From Candidatus Omnitrophota bacterium (GTDB lineage: Bacteria; Omnitrophota; Gorgyraeia; Gorgyraeales; Gorgyraeaceae), in contig JBAZEP010000005.1 in assembly GCA_041653835.1 (NCBI GenBank), forward strand, positions 313-64,312: DNA of 64,000 nucleotides, written 5' to 3'. Each line of letters starts with the position of its first letter. Positions within the stretch are counted from its first letter, which is position 1. Both the position numbers and the translations under genes were made by a program. Below, in pieces: positions 1 to 9,632 of this stretch. The notes under the pieces were generated by a model, which was given only the letters and a program-made list of their open reading frames with translations, was not told the DNA's origin and did not search any database.

Positions 1-229
1 GCCACGCCTGTTTCTTCAGGCCCATATCGTCATAACCTATATCTCTTACCTCGCCGGGCTCTCCCCATTTCTCGATGACCTCATCTTTGGTGCTCCCCAT
101 CGACACCATTGTCTTGGTGCTCAACGGATGGGTTATCGCGTAATGGGCGCCCGGCACTTTAACATCCGCGCAGCCGCATAAAGCCAGGAAAATACAGATC
201 ATACATAAGGCACGGCGCGGGTCTTTCAT
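1..229 (-). CDS. BamE/SmpA-OmlA-like outer-membrane lipoprotein. N-terminal 76 codons are in the window; the C-terminus lies beyond coordinate 1.
   Basis: Hand translation from ATG at 227-229: MKDPRRALCMICIFLALCGCADVKVPGAHYAITHPLSTKTMVSMGSTKDEVIEKWGEPGEVRDIGYDDMGLKKQAW... It has a signal peptide with a lipobox (LALCGC) and a G-x-TK-x-E-V...G-x-P pattern like BamE. It starts 1 nt after the stop of the upstream gene, so the two are likely co-transcribed. Confidence 0.45.
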   Translation of the reverse strand, partial: MKDPRRALCMICIFLALCGCADVKVPGAHYAITHPLSTKTMVSMGSTKDEVIEKWGEPGEVRDIGYDDMGLKKQAW

Positions 230-230
230 C

Positions 231-1418
231 TTACTTTATGATATACTCCACCAATTTTATATTGAAATCTTCCAGATCTTTGAAGTCCCTGTTGTAAACA
301 TTGAAAACAGCCTCTTTGAACGGCTTGTCTTTAAGCATAAAATCACAGAATTTCCTGAATTTTTCCCTGCCATACTGCGTTATCAAAAATTCCACCAATT
401 TTTCGGACTGGGCATAGAAGAGCTCCCTCGCCTCTTTGCCTTCAGGATAGGCTGTCATGCGCAAAAGGTCCCCCAGGAGTATATGACTGCCCTGCCTTAT
501 ATGCTTCGCGAGCAGTTCATTCGAAATACTTGTCAGGTTCGCCTCATAATTTGCCAGGCCCTCGTTCAGCCACAACGGTATGGTATTTTTGCCTGCCAGG
601 TCCTTGAAAATAAGATGGGTCAATTCGTGCGGAAATGTCAATGCCAGATACGCATCTGAAATGGCGCACAGGAACATCTCCCTTTCCCCATAATTAGGCA
701 CAAATCCTCCCACCAGCTCCGCGTTAAAACCTATGCTCTTCAGGAAATCTTTCCACTTATCAACGCTCTCCACTATGAATACCTGGCATTTCTTATCCCA
801 TTTCAATTCCTTTTCATAACCCAGGTCGTATAAAATCTTCTCAAAATAATATTCCGCTTTATCCCCCACTATTTTTGCCTGGCCAAGGTCTCTGTAAAAT
901 ATAGAAAAATGTTCGCTCTCGCGTAAAAACCAGTTCCCTTTGACTAATAATTTCTTGGCTATATCCGACCTGTCTGTATTATTATCGTCTTTCAATGAAA
1001 ATCTTCTCTCTTCTGAACCTTTATGCGCATCCATAGCGAGGCCCGCTACCTGGAGCCTTTCTTTCTCTTCCGGCGTAACCCATTTGTCTTTATATTTAAC
1101 GAGCCCTTTCGCGAGTTGTTCTTCTTCAAAGATATCTTTGGTAATCTCCCTGACCTCGGTTCTGTTCCTTCCCGCGCCCCATGCCTTTTCCAGCTTGGCA
1201 TGCTGTTCCTCGGATTCCCTTTCTATGCTCTTTATGTCATTTTTGGAAAATGTGACTTTCGCGCCGAGGTTGATCTTCAATTCCACGGATTTGTCCGTTT
1301 CTTTCGTTATAATACCCCTGACCCTGTTGCCGTTATTCAGATAGACCATATCGCAGAAAGCCTGCCCGCATGGAAACAGGACCATGAAAACAATTGATAT
1401 AAATATTTTTTTGATCAT
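231..1418 (-). CDS. Secreted hypothetical protein with HExxH motif (possible MA-clan zinc peptidase-like)
   Basis: 395 aa ORF with an N-terminal signal peptide (MIKKIFISIVFMVLFPCGQAFC). Contains FPHELTHLIF (HExxH). No other family assignment is possible by eye. It overlaps the leuS stop by 4 nt. Confidence 0.55.
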   Translation of the reverse strand: MIKKIFISIVFMVLFPCGQAFCDMVYLNNGNRVRGIITKETDKSVELKINLGAKVTFSKNDIKSIERESEEQHAKLEKAWGAGRNRTEVREITKDIFEEEQLAKGLVKYKDKWVTPEEKERLQVAGLAMDAHKGSEERRFSLKDDNNTDRSDIAKKLLVKGNWFLRESEHFSIFYRDLGQAKIVGDKAEYYFEKILYDLGYEKELKWDKKCQVFIVESVDKWKDFLKSIGFNAELVGGFVPNYGEREMFLCAISDAYLALTFPHELTHLIFKDLAGKNTIPLWLNEGLANYEANLTSISNELLAKHIRQGSHILLGDLLRMTAYPEGKEARELFYAQSEKLVEFLITQYGREKFRKFCDFMLKDKPFKEAVFNVYNRDFKDLEDFNIKLVEYIIK

Positions 1419-3877
1419 ATAACTATGTTCACTAATTTACCTTTTACTATTATGATTTTTTTAGGCTCTTTGCCGCCTGTCCATTTATTGACAACGATGT
1501 CTTTCATGACCATCGCCCTGATCTCATCCTCGCCCGCGTTCAAAGACGCTTCTATTTTTGACCGGAGTTTCCCGTTGATCTGAATAGGCAATTCTATGGT
1601 ATCCTGTACCAGCGCGTTCCTGTCATAATCGGGCCACTTGGCTTTAAAAATGCTCTCTTTATTGCCCAGTTTCTCCCACATCTCTTCCGCGACATGAGGG
1701 ACAAAAGGCGCCAGCAGAATCACTACTGTCCGGATCGCCTCTTTTAGCTGAGAGCCGAGAGCTGACGGTTGAGAGCTTTTATAATCATATATTTCGTTCA
1801 CCAACTCCATTATAGAGCTTATTGCTGTATTAAAATGAAACGTGCCTTCCATATCTTCAGTAACTTTTTTAATCGTCGCGTGTGTCTTTTGCTTGAGCGT
1901 TTTATCTTTCTCGTCTGGCTTTGAACCTTCAACCTTTAACCTTAAACCATCTTCTATCAGTCTCCAGACACGGTTAATAAACCTCCACGCCCCTTCAACT
2001 CCTTTGTCGCTCCATTCCGCGTCTTTCTCAGGCGGGCTTATGAATAACGTGTAAAGCCTTACTGTATCCGCCCCGTATTTTTCTATGAGGCCGTCCGAAC
2101 TTACGACATTGCCTTTTGATTTCGACATCTTTATCCCATTCTTGGTGATCATGCCCTGGGTAAAAAGCCTGGCGAACGGCTCTTTGAACCCTATATAACC
2201 CATATCATACATGACCTTGACGATAAACCTGGAATACAATAAATGTAATATCGCGTGCTCCACTCCGCCTATATACTGATCAACAGGCAGCCATTTATTA
2301 ACGAGCTCTTTATCAAAAGGTTTCTTATCGTCTTCCGGCGATAGATATCTCAGGAAATACCAGCTGGAATCGACAAAGGTATCCATTGTATCTATTTCGC
2401 GCCTGGCGTTCCCTCCGCATGAGGGACATTTGATATTCACGAATTCTGGCGCGTCTTTCAGCGGAGATTCGCCGTGCGGTTTGAATTTAATGTCCTTCGG
2501 TAACATAACGGGCAGGTCTTTTTCGTCAACCGGCTGCATACCGCATTTATCACAGTAAACCATCGGTATTGGCGCGCCCCAGTATCTCTGCCTTGAGATA
2601 AGCCAGTCCCTTAATTTATAATGTACCTCTCTCCTGCCGATATTATTTTCTTCCATAAAATCTGCTATTTTTTCTATCGCGTCCGCGCTCGCCAAGCCGT
2701 TAAATTTTCCTGAATTGATCATTATGCCTTCTTCTACATACGCCTCTTTCATCCCTGCCGCTTCCAGATGTTCTTTTGGATTGTCAATCACTGCCTCTAT
2801 GCCCAAGCCGTATTTTTTCGCGAATTCAAAATCCCGCTGGTCATGCGCCGGCACAGCCATGACAGCGCCTGTACCGTATTCCGTTACCACATAATTACCT
2901 ATCCATAAAGGCACCGCTTTATTGTTCGCCGGGTTTATGACGAATTTCCCCGTGAACATGCCTTTTTTCTCAATATCAGCTCCGACCCTATCCGCCGCGT
3001 TTTCTCTTCTGGTATCGTTTATAAACTTCTCTATCTCTTTTTTGTCAGGAGCGTTTTTTATCAGCTCCGGGATATCGGGATGTTCATTACTTATAACCAT
3101 ATAAGTAACGCCGTAGATAGTGTCGGCCCTGGTAGTGAAACACGTCAATATGACATTGGAATCTTTTACCTTGAAATCTATCTCCACGCCTTCGCTCCTG
3201 CCGATCCAGTTCTTCTGCATGAGTTTTACGCGCTCAGGCCAGTCTTTTAATGATTCCAGGTCATTGAGAAGCCTTTCGCTGTAATCGGTTATTTTTAAAA
3301 ACCACTGCTCCAGATCGCGCAATGTAACCTGTGACGAACATCTCTCACATTTACCGTCTACGACCTGTTCGTTGGCGAGTACTGTCTGGCATGAAGGGCA
3401 CCAATTCACGGACGCTTTTTTCTTGTAAGCAAGGCCTTTTTTATAAAGCTGAAGGAATATCCATTGTGTCCATTTATAATAACCGGGAAGGCACGAGACA
3501 ACCTCCCTGGACCAGTCATAGCCCGCGCCCCAGGAGTCAAACTGCCTTCTCATTGTTTTTATATTATTAAGGGTGGATATTTCCGGATGGATGCCGTTTT
3601 TTATAGCGGCGTTTTCCGCGGGCAAGCCGAACGCGTCGAAACCCATGGGTGAAAGCACGTTATATCCGCGCATAATCTTATAGCGCACCACGGAATCGCC
3701 TATTATATAGTTTCTGCCGTGCCCCACATGCAGCGCCGCCGATGGGTACGGGAACATCATGAGGCAGTAATACTTTGGCCTGGAAGAAGCCGGGTCCATC
3801 TTAAAAAGCCCCATCTCATCCCACTTCTTGCGCCACTTAGCCTCTATTTCTTTAAATGAATAACCTTCCTGCGCCAT
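1415..3877 (-). CDS. leuS: Leucine--tRNA ligase
   Basis: 820 aa. Class I HIGH motif (PYPSAALHVGHGRNY), KMSKS motif (KMSKSKGN) and CP1/editing-domain architecture. The length is typical of bacterial LeuS. Confidence 0.95.
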   Translation of the reverse strand: MAQEGYSFKEIEAKWRKKWDEMGLFKMDPASSRPKYYCLMMFPYPSAALHVGHGRNYIIGDSVVRYKIMRGYNVLSPMGFDAFGLPAENAAIKNGIHPEISTLNNIKTMRRQFDSWGAGYDWSREVVSCLPGYYKWTQWIFLQLYKKGLAYKKKASVNWCPSCQTVLANEQVVDGKCERCSSQVTLRDLEQWFLKITDYSERLLNDLESLKDWPERVKLMQKNWIGRSEGVEIDFKVKDSNVILTCFTTRADTIYGVTYMVISNEHPDIPELIKNAPDKKEIEKFINDTRRENAADRVGADIEKKGMFTGKFVINPANNKAVPLWIGNYVVTEYGTGAVMAVPAHDQRDFEFAKKYGLGIEAVIDNPKEHLEAAGMKEAYVEEGIMINSGKFNGLASADAIEKIADFMEENNIGRREVHYKLRDWLISRQRYWGAPIPMVYCDKCGMQPVDEKDLPVMLPKDIKFKPHGESPLKDAPEFVNIKCPSCGGNARREIDTMDTFVDSSWYFLRYLSPEDDKKPFDKELVNKWLPVDQYIGGVEHAILHLLYSRFIVKVMYDMGYIGFKEPFARLFTQGMITKNGIKMSKSKGNVVSSDGLIEKYGADTVRLYTLFISPPEKDAEWSDKGVEGAWRFINRVWRLIEDGLRLKVEGSKPDEKDKTLKQKTHATIKKVTEDMEGTFHFNTAISSIMELVNEIYDYKSSQPSALGSQLKEAIRTVVILLAPFVPHVAEEMWEKLGNKESIFKAKWPDYDRNALVQDTIELPIQINGKLRSKIEASLNAGEDEIRAMVMKDIVVNKWTGGKEPKKIIIVKGKLVNIVI

Positions 3878-3927
3878 AACAATTAATTATACCCATATAT
3901 TCGCCCAAAAACAATACAAAACCACTG

Positions 3928-3970
3928 CCTAAGGGAACATTTGAGACATTGTCATAAATGTTCCCTTAGG
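3928..3970. promoter_or_regulatory. Imperfect 15 bp-arm inverted repeat in the divergent leuS / tRNA-Ala intergenic region. Its core is gagacattgtcat.
   Basis: cctaagggaacattt...aaatgttcccttagg reads directly as an inverted repeat. It lies 50 nt upstream of the leuS start and 55 nt upstream of the tRNA. It shares the GACA/TGTC core with the other palindromic elements. Confidence 0.3.
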
Positions 3971-4023
3971 CGGAATATTTGACAAATAGGGCATCTAATG
4001 TTATATTACATTCTATTCGGTGA

Positions 4024-4099
4024 GGGGCAGTAGCGAAGTTGGTATCGCGCCACAATGGCATTGTGGAGATCACGAGTTCGAATCTCGTCTGCTCCACCA
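4024..4099 (+). tRNA. tRNA-Ala (anticodon GGC)
   Basis: 76 nt cloverleaf folded by hand: acceptor GGGGCAG/CTGCTCC with a G3:U70 pair (the Ala identity element), D-stem GCGA/TCGC, anticodon stem CCACA/TGTGG with loop AUGGCAU (anticodon GGC), T-arm ACGAG-TTCGAAT-CTCGT, and an encoded CCA end. Confidence 0.85.
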
Positions 4100-4118
4100 A
4101 ATCCGCCCGGGCGGATTT
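4099..4118. terminator. Perfect 20 bp palindrome (aaatccgcccgggcggattt) between the tRNA-Ala 3' end and the 3' end of the convergent MFS gene. Candidate bidirectional terminator hairpin.
   Basis: Perfect inverted repeat read directly. There is no U-tract on either side, so its intrinsic-terminator status is uncertain. Confidence 0.35.
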
Positions 4119-4140
4119 GGTCCTGACGCCCCGAAAGACC

Positions 4141-5394
4141 TTACTCTATCTCAGAAACTATCCCCATCTTAACGTATACAGGCCGGACGCTCTTCCTTAA
4201 AGCAGGCAGGTTGAAAGCGAATATAACCGCCGCCAGGATACAGCATGCCCCGCTTATCGCCAGTGTATTCAAGACCCCTATGCTGTCCGCCAGTACGCCT
4301 GAGAAAAGACTTCCTATAGGCGCCATGCCCATGAATGCCATTGTGTAAAAACTCATTATCCTGCCGCGTTTATCATCATCCACTATGGTCTGAAGTATAG
4401 TATTGCTGGACGCCATCTGTACCATGATCCCGAACCCCGCGAAAAATAACAACACAAGAGAAAATACCAGGTTATGAGAAAACGAAAATATTATTATGCT
4501 GGCGCCGAACATCCCGGCTGCCGCGGGAAGCATCCTGCCGAGCTTGATTATATTTTTTTTGGACGCCAGATAAACAGTGCCTGTCAGTGCTCCCACTCCC
4601 ACAGCCCCCATGAGAAAACCCAGGGTATGCGGCCCCCCTCCGAGCACATCCTTGGCGAAGACAGGCATAAGCACCGCGTAAGACATGCCCATCAAACTTA
4701 CTACCCCCAATAGTGACAACACCGCTCTTATAGGCGCGAACCCGAAAGCATGGTTAAACCCTTCTCTTAGATCCTTCAACATGCCATAATTCCCGCCTTT
4801 TTTCTTTGCGTCTCTCGCGGGTATTTTCATCGCGAGAAGCGAAGCTATAACGGCAAGATAACTTACGGCGTTGATTAAAAAGCATATACCTTCGCCGGAT
4901 ATGGCTATAAGTATGCCCGCTATCGAAGGCCCGATAAGCCTTGCCATATTGAACATCATGGAATTCAACGCTATGGCATTCCCCAGATTTTCCTTTTCCT
5001 CCACCATATCCAATATAAAAGAATGCCTGGCAGGTATGTCAAGACTGCTGACACAGCCTAAAAATATCCCGAGTGTTATAATATGCCATACCTCTATACT
5101 GCCGGAGAGCGTCAGGTATGCCAGGATAAACGCCTGGAGCATTGCCAGCGTCTGCGTAAGTATAAGTATCCTGTGCCTGTTGTGTCTGTCTGCCAATACG
5201 CCCGTAAAAGGCGTAAGTATAAACGTGGGTATCTGGCTCGAAAAACTCACAACACCCAGCATGAATACGGAATCTGTCATCTTATAGACAAGCCAGCTCA
5301 TGGCGATAGTCTGCATCCATGTCCCTACAAGCGATATACCCTGGCCCGAGAAAAAAAGCCTGAAATTCCTGTACCTGAGCGCTCGAAATACCAT
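4141..5394 (-). CDS. MFS transporter (EntS/YbdA-like 12-TM facilitator)
   Basis: 417 aa. N-terminal MVFRALRYRNFRLFFSGQGISLVGTWMQ... is typical of the MFS enterobactin-exporter-like family. There are about 12 hydrophobic segments. Confidence 0.8.
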   Translation of the reverse strand: MVFRALRYRNFRLFFSGQGISLVGTWMQTIAMSWLVYKMTDSVFMLGVVSFSSQIPTFILTPFTGVLADRHNRHRILILTQTLAMLQAFILAYLTLSGSIEVWHIITLGIFLGCVSSLDIPARHSFILDMVEEKENLGNAIALNSMMFNMARLIGPSIAGILIAISGEGICFLINAVSYLAVIASLLAMKIPARDAKKKGGNYGMLKDLREGFNHAFGFAPIRAVLSLLGVVSLMGMSYAVLMPVFAKDVLGGGPHTLGFLMGAVGVGALTGTVYLASKKNIIKLGRMLPAAAGMFGASIIIFSFSHNLVFSLVLLFFAGFGIMVQMASSNTILQTIVDDDKRGRIMSFYTMAFMGMAPIGSLFSGVLADSIGVLNTLAISGACCILAAVIFAFNLPALRKSVRPVYVKMGIVSEIE

Positions 5395-5401
5395 ATACGC
5401 C

Positions 5402-7300
5402 TCACATATCCCTGAATAATCTTTGTTCCACTCTCGATACGATACTTGAATTGTCTATGAACCTGGACAACTTGTTAAAGCGGTTCATGGCGTTCCTGTT
5501 ATTCTCGTGATGGAACGTGATATACAGGTGTGTCTTTGCCCTTGTAAGCGCCACATAAAATAACCTGCGCTCTTCCTCTATCCCTTCATCATCCCCAAGG
5601 GAAAAACTTACAGGAAAAACACCGTCGATAAGCCCTATAAGGAATACCGCGTCCCATTCCATGCCTTTCGCGGAATGTATGGTGGAAAGAGTAAGCTGCC
5701 TCGTGTGCCCGCCGTGGCGGCCTTCTTCATGAGAATCAGGGAGCTCTATGGCAAAATCACTCAATAAGTCCTGTAATGAATCATACCTCTGCGAGATCTT
5801 TTTCAATATCTCCAGGTCGTTGGCCCTTGTGTTCCAGTCATCGAATTTCGATTTCATTAGCGGGTTATAATAATCCAGCGCCGCCTCGAATTTGCTTCCC
5901 ACCCCGCTGTCTTTGTCCGATATGGCCTTCATCAACGACCTGAACCTGCGGATGCCTTCGGAATATTTGAAACCTTTCTCATATTTTTGAAGAGCCTCTC
6001 CAGTGCCGTTTTTCAAGATCTTTTCCGCGGTCCTGGGCCCGATACCTTCTATCAATTCCAATGCCCTGCGCCAGGACAATTCATCCTTGGGGTTGGCTAT
6101 CACTTTCAAATGCGCCACAAGGTCTTTTACATGGCTGGTTTCGTAAAACTTCGTGCCTCCGACAAGCTGGTAATTTACGCCTATCTTGTTCAATTCCGCC
6201 TGCAGCGCTATCGATATATAACTTGAGCGGAATAATACGCATTGCTTATCCGGCGCTACGCCTTCCCGTTTAAGTTCGTTTATCTTACCGGCGATCCATT
6301 CCGCCTCTTCGTACGCGTCATTGAAATACCACATCTCAGGCCTGGCGCCTTTATGTCTCAGGCCCGAGACAAGCCGCTTCGCGTATTTACTGCTCATCTC
6401 GGAAAGCACGGAGTTGGCGGCGTCAAGGATAGGCTGGGTACTCCTGTAATTCTCCTCGAGCTTGATTATCACACATCCGGGGAACAGATTTGGAAAATCC
6501 ATTATATTTTTATGCGTCGCGCCCCTGAAACCGTATATACTCTGCGCGTCGTCACCCACAACCATGATGTTTTTATGCGCCTTTGCCAGAAGACAGCTTA
6601 TATCGCCCTGAAGTTTATTGGTATCCTGGTATTCATCCACCATTATGTACCTGTATCCGGACGCCGCCCGCCTCCTGATATCATCATCCTCAAGCAGTCT
6701 CTTGAGATAGACAAGCATATCGTCGTAATCCAGGTAATTTTTTTCCGCCTTGTATTTGAAATATCTGGTCTTCACATTTTTTATGTATTCGCAGTACTCT
6801 GCCAGGTGCGGGTATTCCTTTTCGATAATATCCTCTACGGAGGCGTGTTTGTTGACCGTCATGCTTATTATGCTCCTTATGGTGCCCTTTTTAAGGAATT
6901 TCCTGTCATGTTCGGAAATATCCACCCCGCCCGAACACTCGCCGACCGCGTCTATGGCGTCGGATTCGTCAAGGATAGAAAAGCCTTTTCCGAAACCCAC
7001 GTTTTCTCCGTAACGTTTCAATATCTTGTACGCGAATGAATGGAACGTCCCTCCTTCCACCATGGCGCACCTGGGATCATGGGCGCTGGCCCTGGAGAGC
7101 ATTACCCTTGAGGCATTCCTGGTAAAGGTCAGAAGTAGTATGGAAGCCGGGTCCACCCCGTTTTGGATGAGGTTCAGCACTCTGTATTCTATGACCCTTG
7201 TTTTGCCTGAACCCGCGCCCGCGATAACCAGCATCGGGCCGTCGATCGTAGTGGCAGCCAAAAACTGGGAAGGATTTAAATGTTTTTTAAGGTCTATCAT
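5402..7300 (-). CDS. UvrD/PcrA/Rep-family ATP-dependent DNA helicase
   Basis: 632 aa. Walker A AGAGSGKTRV near the N-terminus, the UvrD-helicase motif order, and a C-terminal LFYVALTRAK motif (helicase motif VI). Confidence 0.85.
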   Translation of the reverse strand: MIDLKKHLNPSQFLAATTIDGPMLVIAGAGSGKTRVIEYRVLNLIQNGVDPASILLLTFTRNASRVMLSRASAHDPRCAMVEGGTFHSFAYKILKRYGENVGFGKGFSILDESDAIDAVGECSGGVDISEHDRKFLKKGTIRSIISMTVNKHASVEDIIEKEYPHLAEYCEYIKNVKTRYFKYKAEKNYLDYDDMLVYLKRLLEDDDIRRRAASGYRYIMVDEYQDTNKLQGDISCLLAKAHKNIMVVGDDAQSIYGFRGATHKNIMDFPNLFPGCVIIKLEENYRSTQPILDAANSVLSEMSSKYAKRLVSGLRHKGARPEMWYFNDAYEEAEWIAGKINELKREGVAPDKQCVLFRSSYISIALQAELNKIGVNYQLVGGTKFYETSHVKDLVAHLKVIANPKDELSWRRALELIEGIGPRTAEKILKNGTGEALQKYEKGFKYSEGIRRFRSLMKAISDKDSGVGSKFEAALDYYNPLMKSKFDDWNTRANDLEILKKISQRYDSLQDLLSDFAIELPDSHEEGRHGGHTRQLTLSTIHSAKGMEWDAVFLIGLIDGVFPVSFSLGDDEGIEEERRLFYVALTRAKTHLYITFHHENNRNAMNRFNKLSRFIDNSSIVSRVEQRLFRDM

Positions 7301-7310
7301 GCTAAGGCGA

Positions 7311-7333
7311 CATTTGTGACAGTGTCACTTTTG
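7311..7333. repeat. Palindromic element (GTGACA-G-TGTCAC core) downstream of the small membrane gene and upstream of the helicase gene
   Basis: catttgtgacagtgtcacttttg. Member of the GACA-N-TGTC palindrome family (see findings). Confidence 0.4.
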
Positions 7334-7338
7334 TAGCT

Positions 7339-7755
7339 TTACGGTATTGGTTTGATAATGCCTGCTTTTACGAGGATTATTATCAGTACGCTGTAAGCGA
7401 TGGATAACAATATATCTCTCAACAAATCTTTTTTGGAATAACGCTTTTTTATTTTACTTCCGCTTACGGCAGACTTTTCCAGCCCCTTCTGCAGCAACAC
7501 AAGCCCCAGGACATTCGTCAGCCAGTAAGATATTACGAACGCGTGCAAAAATGAGTTTTTGTAAATAAAATTTATGGCGGTGGCGCAGGCATAGGCTATG
7601 GGGAAATTTATAAACAGGTCATTCCACCATGAAAGAGGGGATAATAAAAACCCTATCGCTCCCAATATGCCGCCGTAAAGTTTTTGGCCCATAAATAAAA
7701 TCAGCCCTGCGCCATTTAAGGCACAGGGCTTAAAAGGCAACAACCTCTCCGACAA
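7339..7755 (-). CDS. Hypothetical small integral membrane protein
   Basis: 138 aa with 3-4 hydrophobic segments. No recognisable motif. Confidence 0.5.
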   Translation of the reverse strand: MSERLLPFKPCALNGAGLILFMGQKLYGGILGAIGFLLSPLSWWNDLFINFPIAYACATAINFIYKNSFLHAFVISYWLTNVLGLVLLQKGLEKSAVSGSKIKKRYSKKDLLRDILLSIAYSVLIIILVKAGIIKPIP

Positions 7756-7801
7756 GGTAACCGAGCTGCCGAAAGACTGCCCGATTCAGTTGCCAATACT
7801 A

Positions 7802-7830
7802 TTTATATCATATATATTATTATATGTCAA
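7802..7830 (-). promoter_or_regulatory. Candidate sigma70-type promoter for the 7339..7755 gene (minus-strand TTGACA, 17 nt spacer, TATAAA)
   Basis: The minus-strand read is ttgaca tataataatatatatga tataaa, immediately downstream of the pfk hairpin. The spacing fits a -35/-10 pair. Confidence 0.3.
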
Positions 7831-7859
7831 GTAGCGACAGGTCGCGACCTGTCGCTACT
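7830..7859. terminator. Perfect 30 bp palindrome (agtagcgacaggtcgcgacctgtcgctact) just after the pfk stop
   Basis: Perfect inverted repeat with a GC-rich stem, 1 nt downstream of the pfk stop codon. No U-tract. It again contains GACA...TGTC. Confidence 0.4.
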
Positions 7860-8946
7860 ATATCCCGAAAGAAGTCCCTACCGCCAGCGCCGTCTTTATA
7901 ACAGGGTCTTCCAGGTTGACCCTTTTTGTATTTCCGGCTACTTTCGCAAGATCTACCGTTCCTATATCGCCTTTTTTTAACACAACCACCTTTCCGAAAT
8001 CCCCTTTGGCGGCTAATCCGCAGGCATATGCCCCGAAACGCGTCGCGAGGATCCTGTCGAACGGCGAAGGCTCTCCTCCCCGCTGTAAGTGCCCCAAGAC
8101 AGTGACCCTTGTTTCAAGCCCTGTTATCTTTTCGATATCAAACGCTATTTTATCGCCTATGCCCCCGAGCCTTATCTGATCCGTGGAATCCCTGACTATC
8201 TTTTTCACGACCATTTTTCCGGCCTTTGGCCTCGCGCCCTCGCTTATAACCACTATGCTGAATCTCTTGCCGAACTGGTTTCTTTTTAAAACAACGTCGC
8301 ACACCTTATTAATATCATAAGGCATTTCCGGCAATAATATAATATCCCCGCCGCCTGCCAGGCCTGAGTATAACGCGAGCCAGCCAGCATATCTGCCCAT
8401 GACCTCTATGACCATGACCCTGTGGTGTGATTGGGCGGTGGTATGCAGTTTGTCTATGGCCTGGGTAGCCGTAATAAGCGCTGAATCGAAACCGATCGTC
8501 GCGTCCGTGCACATAAGGTCATAGTCTATGGTTTTCGGAACGCCTATCAGCCTGACGCCCTTTTTATATAATTTATACGCTATGCTGAGCGTGCCGTCCC
8601 CGCCTACGCAAATCACGCCATCCAATCCCATGGCGCGATAGTTAGCCACGGCAATACCGGAAACGTCTTTAAAACCACCTTTAAAATCAGGATGTCTGAA
8701 AGGATTCGCCTTGTTGGACGCGCCCAGCAAGGTGCCGCCTAAGGTAAGTATGCCTGACACGCTTTCATAAGTAATATTAAGGGACCTGTTTTCTATCAAA
8801 CCTAAAAAACCATCCTTTATGCCTACGACTTCCATATCGTAATTAAGGATGGCTGTCTTCGCTATGGCCCTGATTGCCGCGTTTAAACCCGGACAGTCGC
8901 CACCGCCGGTAAGGATGCCTATTCTTTTCTTTCTACTTCCTCGCAT
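7858..8946 (-). CDS. pfk: 6-phosphofructokinase (ATP- or PPi-dependent not resolved)
   Basis: 362 aa. GILTGGGDCPGLNAAIR (substrate/nucleotide loop), CVGGDGTLSIA (GGDG) and the PFK-A family fold. Confidence 0.85.
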   Translation of the reverse strand: MRGSRKKRIGILTGGGDCPGLNAAIRAIAKTAILNYDMEVVGIKDGFLGLIENRSLNITYESVSGILTLGGTLLGASNKANPFRHPDFKGGFKDVSGIAVANYRAMGLDGVICVGGDGTLSIAYKLYKKGVRLIGVPKTIDYDLMCTDATIGFDSALITATQAIDKLHTTAQSHHRVMVIEVMGRYAGWLALYSGLAGGGDIILLPEMPYDINKVCDVVLKRNQFGKRFSIVVISEGARPKAGKMVVKKIVRDSTDQIRLGGIGDKIAFDIEKITGLETRVTVLGHLQRGGEPSPFDRILATRFGAYACGLAAKGDFGKVVVLKKGDIGTVDLAKVAGNTKRVNLEDPVIKTALAVGTSFGI

Positions 8947-9020
8947 GCCTCTTGCCTTTTCTCTTTCTCTTCTGCTCCGCCCTTCTGTTCTTCCTCGTCA
9001 TTCCCATGTCAGCCCCCCCC

Positions 9021-9392
9021 CTATAAACTTTTTATTGAAACCAGTATGCCGTTCGAGTACATTTCCGCGCGGTAATCGTCTATGTAACCGTACCTTTCCC
9101 TGTATACACCAGGTATGTTTATTTCCGTCTTATGCCATCCGCTCCTTAGGTTATGATATCCGGCGCTTGTAAAAGAAAGCTCCGCGCCTTTCGAGAACTT
9201 GCAAAAAAGCTTGAACACAAGGCCGTCTGTCCATTCCTGCGTTGTGCGGTAATTGATCTTAAAGGTATACCCGTTTGATCTGCGTACTTTCGATATGTTC
9301 TCTATAAAAGAACTCGATGCCAGGCAAAGATCCGGCCTCAAAAAACACACCACCAATATTAATATCAGGATCTGCTTTATAATATTGCGCAT
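9021..9392 (-). CDS. Small secreted hypothetical protein, paralog A
   Basis: 123 aa with a signal peptide. About 45% identical to the next gene over its whole mature length (WTD, F/CKF, FTSA, GWHKTE, IP, RYG, EMY, GILV blocks). Confidence 0.6.
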   Translation of the reverse strand: MRNIIKQILILILVVCFLRPDLCLASSSFIENISKVRRSNGYTFKINYRTTQEWTDGLVFKLFCKFSKGAELSFTSAGYHNLRSGWHKTEINIPGVYRERYGYIDDYRAEMYSNGILVSIKSL

Positions 9393-9403
9393 TAAATGAG
9401 TAC

Positions 9404-9563
9404 GTCACTTATGAAGCGATTAAAGCAAGTGAACATAAGTGACTGTGCGAATTTAATCCTTGACACGGAACATTGGTATTAAAAATTCAATTCTTTCGTG
9501 TCAAGGATCTGTTCGGACTTATAACTTACGTCACACTTTGTGCCTCGTGCGTAAGTTATGTCC
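9404..9563. promoter_or_regulatory. Structured intergenic spacer with three stem-loops between the two paralogous small genes
   Basis: The stem-loops are gtcacttatg/cataagtgac (9404-9443), atccttgacacg/cgtgtcaaggat (9457-9508) and ggac(tt)ataacttacg/cgtaagttatgtcc (9515-9563). The motif tacgtcac occurs twice. Confidence 0.4.
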
Positions 9564-9632
9564 TCACAGGAATTATAATGCGGGTATTTGGTTTAGTCAA
9601 GATTTTTTGAGCCTGCGGAGAGAAAGGAAACA

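Noticed and set aside
4099-4118. Classical Rho-independent terminator after tRNA-Ala
   Set aside because: The perfect palindrome is there, but neither strand has the downstream U-tract. It was kept only as a hairpin or candidate terminator of low confidence.
6242-7039. 265 aa plus-strand ORF (also 29964..30632 at 222 aa, 48614..49558 at 314 aa, 23063..23665, 24233..25003, 25658..26248, 10494..11000 and similar)
   Set aside because: All lie antisense inside well-supported minus-strand genes (helicase, RND, giant gene, PilC and others). They are low-complexity Ser/Leu/Phe-rich shadow translations with no motifs, so they were treated as non-coding.
7858-8946. Calling the phosphofructokinase PPi-dependent
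   Set aside because: The GGDG motif favours an ATP-dependent enzyme, but other diagnostic positions are ambiguous by eye. The question is left open.
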